In this document: in pieces, positions 48,194 to 53,311 of the stretch
Numbering within the stretch: position 1 is the stretch's first letter
How the letters are laid out: each line of letters begins with the position of its first letter
Sequence record: MW512573.1
Direction: 5' to 3' (one strand)
Source of the DNA: Clostridioides phage phiCD418
DNA: 53,311 nt
Position numbers and translations under genes: made by a program
Notes under the pieces: generated by a model
What the model was told of the DNA's origin: nothing
Seen by the model: the letters and a program-made list of their open reading frames with translations, nothing else
The model's database searches: none

Positions 48194-48394
48194 GAATAAT
48201 CACCTCATAAATTAGTATAACCATAGAGTAATATGAGCTGTTAATAATAGCAACCAATTTTGTAGAACTGTAAATAAATTGAAATAAATTATTCAAAAGA
48301 AAAAGGAGTGCTTTCACACTCCACTTGTCAAAAATATAAAACTTTTATATACAAATATTATTATAACATAAAAAATTGATGGGAGTGTGGAAGT

Positions 48395-48877
48395 ATGAAT
48401 AAAAAGACACTATTTCAAGAGGTTGAAGGTAGATTATATAACTACAAAAAACTAGAAAGTCAAATAAGAATAAAAGATATATATATTAAAAAATTAGAAA
48501 ATGAATTTTGCGGATGTAAGGCTCAAAGTTATGAAGAAAAAACTGGAGAAACTTATAATATAAGTTCAATTGTTGAAAATGAAGTTATTAAGAGAGAAGA
48601 AGATTTAAATAGATTAAAAGAAGATAAGAAAACATTAGAAATTGAAAAAGAAACTATAGAATGTGCATTAACAAGTCTAAATAGCTTTGAAACAGAGTTT
48701 TTCAATGAAATGTATATGAACAATGAGAAAATCAACATGGATTATATGTCTAATGCTATGCACATAGATAGAAGTCATTGCTTTAGAATAAGAAAAAGGA
48801 TAGTTTGTAAAATTATGGATATGTTATATCCAAAAATAAAAGAGTTTGAATTACCTATTTTTTCATGGAAAGCTTAA
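48395..48877 (+). CDS. ArpU-like phage transcriptional regulator (putative late-gene activator)
   Basis: 160 aa. N-terminal LFQEVEGRLYNYKKLESQIRIKD resembles the ArpU/sigma-like family that usually sits upstream of packaging genes in Firmicute phages. Confidence 0.45.
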   Translation: MNKKTLFQEVEGRLYNYKKLESQIRIKDIYIKKLENEFCGCKAQSYEEKTGETYNISSIVENEVIKREEDLNRLKEDKKTLEIEKETIECALTSLNSFETEFFNEMYMNNEKINMDYMSNAMHIDRSHCFRIRKRIVCKIMDMLYPKIKEFELPIFSWKA

Positions 48878-48880
48878 AAA

Positions 48881-48943
48881 TGAGACTATTTTGAGACTTT
48901 TTGGAGACTATCTTGAGACTTTTTATTGGCAAAGACATGAGAT
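48881..48943 (+). repeat. Helically phased GAGACT direct repeats (x4, plus a GAGATA variant)
   Basis: GAGACT at 48881, 48892, 48904 and 48914 (spacings 11, 12, 10). GAGATA at 48938. Immediately downstream of the ArpU-like gene. Confidence 0.35.
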
Positions 48944-49121
48944 AATAATATTGTGGAAATAAAGATTTCCCTCTCAAAATTAAATAATTGGCTAGAGTTA
49001 AGGGGTTATTTTTGCTCTAGCCAAAGTGAATAATTTTTATAATTAAGGATATTATATAAGCAATTAAAAAATTTTAAATGACGCTTTAAATATAAAAAAT
49101 ACACATATTTGACTTTTAATA

Positions 49122-49150
49122 TTGACACTTTAGCACAAAAAGCCTACAAT
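49122..49150 (+). promoter_or_regulatory. Near-consensus promoter TTGACA-17-TACAAT
   Basis: -35 at 49122-49127, 17-nt spacer, -10 at 49145-49150. 35 nt upstream of the 49186 ORF. Confidence 0.5.
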
Positions 49151-49185
49151 AAATATATAAAAATATGCAGGAGGTGTATGCCTGA

Positions 49186-49941
49186 GTGTCAAATAAAATA
49201 AAATTAGAAGTTCCTAATGAAATAAGTTACGTCATTGTTCAATGCTTTAGTAAGGCAAGAGAAGAAATTAGAGAATATACAGGAAAACAAAACTTTATAA
49301 CTAAAAATGGAATACCTTTTCAGTTCTGGGATTTGTTAAATAATGCAATTGATACCGCATTTAATAGTTCTAATTTTAAAGCGTATAAATCTAAACGTGG
49401 ACGTTGGAGAATGATTTTTATATATGATAAAAATAGCAAGTATCTTTATGTATTAATGAGAGAGCAAAGATATAAAGAACTTCATAACAATATCAATAAA
49501 AGAGAAAAAATGCATTATGTAGATATTTTAACTAAAGCATTTAATAGAGATTTAAAAGCTCCTATTGAACAACTATCATTTTTTTCAATAGAATTTGATA
49601 ATGAAGACAAAGTTGAAATATATTTACAGAAATTAATTGATAGTATAAATAAAGATGGTGCTATCATTGAACACCATGTATTATTATTATTTAATCAAAC
49701 AGCTGAATATGAACTGACATCTATTCGTGCTGTGATGGTTGACACAAATTTAAATATTGTATCAGAACAAAATTTGAGTTCTTATATATCTATAGAAGAA
49801 AGTACAGTTGTAGAAAAAGTTGATAAGACTAATCCTGCTGCAAATAATCCTACTCTTGGATTGAAATTAACTGCAAAAGCAGATGCAAGAAAGAAAACAC
49901 ATCCTTTAAAAAAGGCGAAAAAGGAGGAAGATGCCAAGTAG
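49186..49941 (+). CDS. Uncharacterised 251-aa protein with Lys-rich C-terminal tail
   Basis: GTG start (uncertain). No family recognised by eye. Low-complexity tail KADARKKTHPLKKAKKEEDAK. First gene of a two-gene operon with its own promoter. Confidence 0.45.
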   Translation: MSNKIKLEVPNEISYVIVQCFSKAREEIREYTGKQNFITKNGIPFQFWDLLNNAIDTAFNSSNFKAYKSKRGRWRMIFIYDKNSKYLYVLMREQRYKELHNNINKREKMHYVDILTKAFNRDLKAPIEQLSFFSIEFDNEDKVEIYLQKLIDSINKDGAIIEHHVLLLFNQTAEYELTSIRAVMVDTNLNIVSEQNLSSYISIEESTVVEKVDKTNPAANNPTLGLKLTAKADARKKTHPLKKAKKEEDAK

Positions 49942-49974
49942 TCACTTTTTAGTGAATAGATGGAGGAAATAATT

Positions 49975-51123
49975 ATGGAAATTAATTTTAATGGAGAGCG
50001 TTTAAAGAAAGCTCGTATATATAGAGGAATGACAGTAGCTGAATTAGCTGAGAGAATTGACTGTCAAAGACAGACTGTTTCGATGTATGAGAATAATAAA
50101 TCGAAACCAAATGATAATAATGTAGTGAAACGAATAGCAAGAGTGTTAGGTTTTCCAGTTAAGTTCTTTTTAGAAACAGGAACTAATATTGCAGTAGGTT
50201 CAACATATTTCAGGGCATTATTGACTACAAATAAAAAATATAGAGCGGAGCAAATTCAAAAAATGGAATTTCTAGCTGAAATATATTTCTTCTTACAAGA
50301 TTATATTGAATTCCCAACATTAGATTTACCAGATTGTTCTGGAAAAACACCAGAAGAAGCTGCTTTACTTTTAAGAGAAGCTTGGGGATTAGGATTAAAA
50401 CCTATTGATAATATCATATATGAAGTAGAACAACATGGAATACTTGTAACAAGCTTTTCGACTTCTACAGATGATATAGATGCATTTAGTCAGATGATAG
50501 ATATTTCAGGAGAAACTGTCTATCTTATTGGATATTCTAGTAATAAGACTTCTGCTTCTAGAATTCATTTTGATATAGCTCATGAATTAGGGCATATATG
50601 CTTACATGAATGGAGTGAGGATGTAGAAGCTTTAGAAAAGCAAGAGTTTAAAGATAGAGAATCAGAAGCTAATCGCTTCGCGTCTACATTCTTATTGCCA
50701 GAAGAAACATTTAAACTTGATGCCAAGAGAACCCCTTTACGTATTCCAAGTTATACAGAATTAAAGCGTAAATGGAAAGTTTCTATTCAAGCAATGATTC
50801 GTCGTTCATATTCTTTGGGAATCATCAGTATGGATGAATATCAGTCTATGATTCGTACTTTACAACGTAGGGGACTAAGAAAATCAGAACCATTAGATGA
50901 TGAATTATTAACTTCTCTACCAGCATTGTTAAAAACAGCAGTTTTGATGTTATTAAATGAGAAGGTATTTACTCCAAAAGAGTTTATGGATGAACTTTCA
51001 TTTTCCTATAACTTTAGTCTAGAGCCAGAAGAAGTAGAATATCTATTAAGTTTACCTAAAAATACTCTAACTTCTGCTAAAGTTATACCATTTCCTGATT
51101 TACAACTTAAAAAAGATGTTTAA
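49975..51123 (+). CDS. Fused HTH-XRE / ImmA-IrrE family (M78) metallopeptidase
   Basis: N-terminal LKKARIYRGMTVAELAERIDCQRQTVSMYENNKSKP HTH. HEXXH zinc motif AHELGHICLHEW in the central domain. About 150-aa C-terminal extension. ATG at 49975 after RBS ggagga. Confidence 0.7.
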   Translation: MEINFNGERLKKARIYRGMTVAELAERIDCQRQTVSMYENNKSKPNDNNVVKRIARVLGFPVKFFLETGTNIAVGSTYFRALLTTNKKYRAEQIQKMEFLAEIYFFLQDYIEFPTLDLPDCSGKTPEEAALLLREAWGLGLKPIDNIIYEVEQHGILVTSFSTSTDDIDAFSQMIDISGETVYLIGYSSNKTSASRIHFDIAHELGHICLHEWSEDVEALEKQEFKDRESEANRFASTFLLPEETFKLDAKRTPLRIPSYTELKRKWKVSIQAMIRRSYSLGIISMDEYQSMIRTLQRRGLRKSEPLDDELLTSLPALLKTAVLMLLNEKVFTPKEFMDELSFSYNFSLEPEEVEYLLSLPKNTLTSAKVIPFPDLQLKKDV

Positions 51124-51138
51124 ATCATATTTTAAATA

Positions 51139-51161
51139 GAGCGAGGACTTATGACCTCGCT
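51139..51161 (+). terminator. Hairpin terminator-like element (GAGCGAGG-ACTTATGA-CCTCGCT)
   Basis: 7-8 bp GC-rich stem directly after the peptidase gene stop. Weak U-tract. Confidence 0.4.
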
Positions 51162-51191
51162 TAAATTATATAGAATAGGGGGAAATATGAA

Positions 51192-51323
51192 ATGGGAATA
51201 TTAGAAGGTGCAACTAAAATAAGAGAGATAGCCAAAAAGATTGCTATAGAAAAAGGAATAACAGAGCAAGAGGCATGGAATGATGCTATTAAAGAGTACA
51301 AGGAAAAATATGAATTTAATTAA
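51192..51323 (+). CDS. Small hypothetical protein (43 aa)
   Basis: MGILEGATKIREIAKKIAIEKGITEQEAWNDAIKEYKEKYEFN. RBS gggggaaat. Followed by a strong terminator. Confidence 0.25.
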   Translation: MGILEGATKIREIAKKIAIEKGITEQEAWNDAIKEYKEKYEFN

Positions 51324-51348
51324 GACCAATGTATGGTCTTTTTTTTAT
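51322..51348 (+). terminator. Rho-independent terminator (AAGACCA-ATGTA-TGGTCTT + T8)
   Basis: Perfect 7-bp stem and 8-nt T-run. Confidence 0.6.
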
Positions 51349-51489
51349 TACTATGAACAGACTAGGTAGGGCGTGAGGACGCTGTTAGTTCAATTCTAAC
51401 TATGTTCAAAATCTATTGATACACTATATTAAGTATTTGAATTGAGATTAAAATCTCATACAATTTTGTATCTTAATTCAGAAGTCTAA

Positions 51490-51570
51490 AAATCGGGTGG
51501 GGCTTGGTAACCTCACTCACCATGCAAGGACTGGTTTTTAATCTAGGTTCGATTCCTAGAACTTGCGACA
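51490..51570 (+). other. tRNA-like fragment: canonical T-arm CTAGG-TTCGATT-CCTAG plus acceptor-like 3' strand, no anticodon arm
   Basis: The GGTTCGATTCC 11-mer at 51546-51556 is a hallmark T-loop. A 5-bp GCAAG/CTTGC pairing forms a minihelix with it. No cloverleaf could be built. Confidence 0.3.
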
Positions 51571-51593
51571 TAATATGTATCTCCCCTTTGAAA

Positions 51594-51630
51594 AAGGCTA
51601 AGTTTACCCTAAACTTAGCCTTTTAATTTT
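51594..51630. terminator. Strong bidirectional terminator (12-bp perfect stem AAGGCTAAGTTT/AAACTTAGCCTT)
   Basis: Loop ACCCT. A-run upstream and T-run downstream. Confidence 0.6.
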
Positions 51631-51882
51631 TAAAAAGAAAAAAGAAATTTTTATTGTCATAATACTATTTGTTTAGGTATATTATAATGTGCATATTGTA
51701 ATATTAAATACTTAGTAATTGTTTGAGTGAATATATAGAGAATAGGTGACATAAGTTTTTATAATATGAGTTATTTAAATTAATACAAATAACAGTGATT
51801 TTATTATATAAAATGTACATATTGTGAATAATAATAATAAAATCATGTACAAAATGCCAACTGATAATTCCTCAAAATGTAT

Positions 51883-51910
51883 TGCATATTTGACGTGACG
51901 TCAGTATAAT
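51883..51910 (+). promoter_or_regulatory. Promoter TTGCAT-16-TATAAT with TTGACGTGACGTCA operator in the spacer
   Basis: -35 at 51883-51888 and -10 at 51905-51910. The spacer carries TTGACGT/TGACGTCA, the same palindromic core as the operator sites at 37880-37992. Confidence 0.45.
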
Positions 51911-51943
51911 TAAATTATAATAGTGAAGTGGAAGGTGGTACTT

Positions 51944-52117
51944 ATGGCTACAAAAAGTATTTTAAAAAATGTAGATGTAAGAAAAAAGGCGTTTGGAAGG
52001 AATCTAGTATCAGCTCTAGAAAATGCTAAAAATAAACAAGAAAAAGAAGTTGTATTAAGTAAAAAATGTTCAGAAGTACCAAAAGATAAAATAAAGGATA
52101 TATTCAGGAGATTTTAA
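51944..52117 (+). CDS. Small protein, candidate antitoxin partner of the GNAT toxin
   Basis: ATG at 51944 after RBS ggaaggtgg. 57 aa. Stop overlaps the toxin start (TAATG). No clear RHH/DUF1778 signature. Confidence 0.35.
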   Translation: MATKSILKNVDVRKKAFGRNLVSALENAKNKQEKEVVLSKKCSEVPKDKIKDIFRRF

Positions 52118-52728
52118 TGAGTGGCTATTTAATTGTAAACTTAAGTAATATGCTAGGAGAGCTGGAGGAAGAAGAAGTTAAAAAAATTCTCTCCAGTTTT
52201 TCTTGTCCCCTTAATAAAGATGTAGAAGAATTTTTAAAAAACAAAGCTATTGAATTTTCTAAACAGGGTTTGGCTAGTACACATTTAGTGCTAACTTCTT
52301 ATAAAGGCAAGCCTGTTATAGTTGGATATTTCACTCTAGCTAATAAGTATTTTACAATAAAAAGAAAAACATTATCAAACTCTTTAGCTAGGAAAATAGT
52401 GAAGTTTGGACAATACAATGAAGAACTAAGAAGATATATTATTGGAGCACCTTTGATAGGGCAAATAGGAAAGAATTATTCAAATAATTATAATAAATTA
52501 ATCAAGGGTGATGAACTTCTAAAAATTGCATGTGACAAGATAAAAGCAGTACAGTTAGATATGGGTGGGAAAATAGTGTACCTTGAATGTGAAGATAAAC
52601 CTAAATTAATTGAATTTTATAAGGATAATGGATTTGTAGACTTTGGAAAAAGAAGCCTTGATAAAGACGAAACAGATTCGTTAGATGGGGATTATTTAGT
52701 TCAAATGTTGAAATATCTAAAAAAATAA
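52117..52728 (+). CDS. GNAT-family acetyltransferase toxin (AtaT/TacT-like)
   Basis: N-terminal FSCPLNKDVEEFL matches the AtaT/TacT F-x-C-G...FL motif. PVIVGYFTLANKYF matches QVLGYYTL. C-terminal KLIEFYKDNGF matches the GNAT FYxxxGF motif. GQIGK...IKGDELLKIA is the acetyl-CoA loop region. Confidence 0.6.
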   Translation: MSGYLIVNLSNMLGELEEEEVKKILSSFSCPLNKDVEEFLKNKAIEFSKQGLASTHLVLTSYKGKPVIVGYFTLANKYFTIKRKTLSNSLARKIVKFGQYNEELRRYIIGAPLIGQIGKNYSNNYNKLIKGDELLKIACDKIKAVQLDMGGKIVYLECEDKPKLIEFYKDNGFVDFGKRSLDKDETDSLDGDYLVQMLKYLKK

Positions 52729-52805
52729 AAGTACATAAAATCTAAAATGACTATCTTGATAGATGGTCTTTTTTTATACAATAAATTAAGAAGGAGAATA
52801 AGATT

Positions 52806-53207
52806 ATGAAAGTATTTTTAGGGGGAACTTGTAATGAAAGTACCTGGAGAGATGAATTAATTAATTTGCTAGAAATTGATTACTATAATCCAGTTGTACC
52901 GAATTGGACAGAAGAATGTATGAAAAAGGAAAGGGAGCAAAGAGAAACTTGTGACTATTGTTTATATACGATAACACCACTTATGACTGGAGTATATTCG
53001 ATTGCAGAAGCAGTAGAAGATTCTATAAAAAGACCCCACAAGACTATTTTTTGTTTATATGACTCTATTAAAGACAAAAAAAGATTTACTGCATCAGAAC
53101 TAAAATCTTTAAATCAAGTTGGTAAGATGATTGAGAGAAATGGTGGAAAATATTTTGCTAATTTACTTGATGTGGCACTTTATTTAAATAAAAAAGGAGA
53201 ACAGTAG
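52806..53207 (+). CDS. DUF4406-like protein (nucleoside 2-deoxyribosyltransferase-like fold)
   Basis: MKVFLGGTC...YYNPVVPNW...DYCLYTITPLMTGVYSIAEAVEDSIKRPHKTIFCL parallels the DUF4406 pattern MKIYI(S/A)G...NP...CDAVYMLPDW..S.GA..E...A...G.PV. RBS aaggagaa. Confidence 0.45.
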   Translation: MKVFLGGTCNESTWRDELINLLEIDYYNPVVPNWTEECMKKEREQRETCDYCLYTITPLMTGVYSIAEAVEDSIKRPHKTIFCLYDSIKDKKRFTASELKSLNQVGKMIERNGGKYFANLLDVALYLNKKGEQ

Positions 53208-53311
53208 CATGGAGAAAAAAGAAATTGAGGAACTGAGTAAAAACTGTGAACCAATACTAGAATAAACGACTAATCTTTACTCCCAAAACAAACAAATAAA
53301 GAGGTGGTGAT

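Noticed and set aside
48090-48317. Alternative 75-aa minus-strand ORF overlapping 47990-48193
   Set aside because: Overlaps the better-supported 67-aa membrane ORF in a different frame and extends into the terminator/promoter region. The 67-aa ORF has a proper RBS.
51490-51570. Functional tRNA gene
   Set aside because: A perfect T-arm and a 5-bp acceptor-like pairing exist, but no D-arm or 7-nt anticodon loop with U33 could be built. No CCA. Retained as a tRNA-like fragment only.
52729-52805. Terminator after the GNAT toxin gene
   Set aside because: Only a weak imperfect hairpin (GACTATC...GATAGATGGTC) precedes the T7 run. Could not convince myself of a stable stem.

Overview
The window reads as a complete, circularly permuted genome (53.3 kb, very AT-rich) of a temperate myovirus of a low-GC Firmicute, most plausibly a Clostridioides difficile phiCD119/phiC2-like phage. 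Evidence: the record begins exactly at the GTG start of the small terminase gene and ends with that gene's RBS (aagaggtggtgat), so the ends join. The endolysin is a CD27L-like Amidase_3. The tail module is PBSX-like (sheath, tube, chaperone, tape measure, LysM XkdP-like, baseplate J). No host genes are present. Gene order on the + strand: terS-terL-portal-minor head-scaffold-decoration-capsid-connectors (1-9.9 kb), contractile tail and baseplate (9.9-25 kb), lysis cassette XhlA-like/holin/amidase (25.4-26.8 kb), a cargo island (26.8-31.5 kb), two tandem BlaI/MecI-family repressors, a candidate attP and a minus-strand tyrosine integrase (31.5-33.9 kb), the cI/cro/antirepressor switch (34-36.5 kb), and an early region with three tiny ribbon-helix-helix genes, Gp157-like, ERF recombinase, DnaD-like initiator with internal iterons, SSB and many small ORFs (36.5-44 kb). 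This is followed by a C5-cytosine methyltransferase moron flanked by 70-bp direct repeats, an ArpU-like regulator, and a 4-kb terminal cargo island (49.1-53.2 kb). That terminal island is the most unusual part. It carries its own consensus promoter, an uncharacterised 251-aa protein plus a fused HTH-XRE/ImmA-IrrE (M78, HELGH) metallopeptidase, a tRNA-like structured element bracketed by terminators, an AtaT/TacT-like GNAT toxin with a small upstream partner under a promoter that carries the same TGACGTCA operator found at the ribbon-helix-helix cluster 14 kb away, and a DUF4406-like gene. Other points of interest: an A_AAA_AAC -1 frameshift site in the tail chaperone, a tail-fibre gene broken by a G/T-only tract flanked by a perfect 120-bp duplication (likely assembly artefact), and a 68-bp tandem repeat whose core is about 25/29 identical to the C. 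difficile CRISPR repeat as recalled. All family assignments come from motif recognition by eye; no searches were run.
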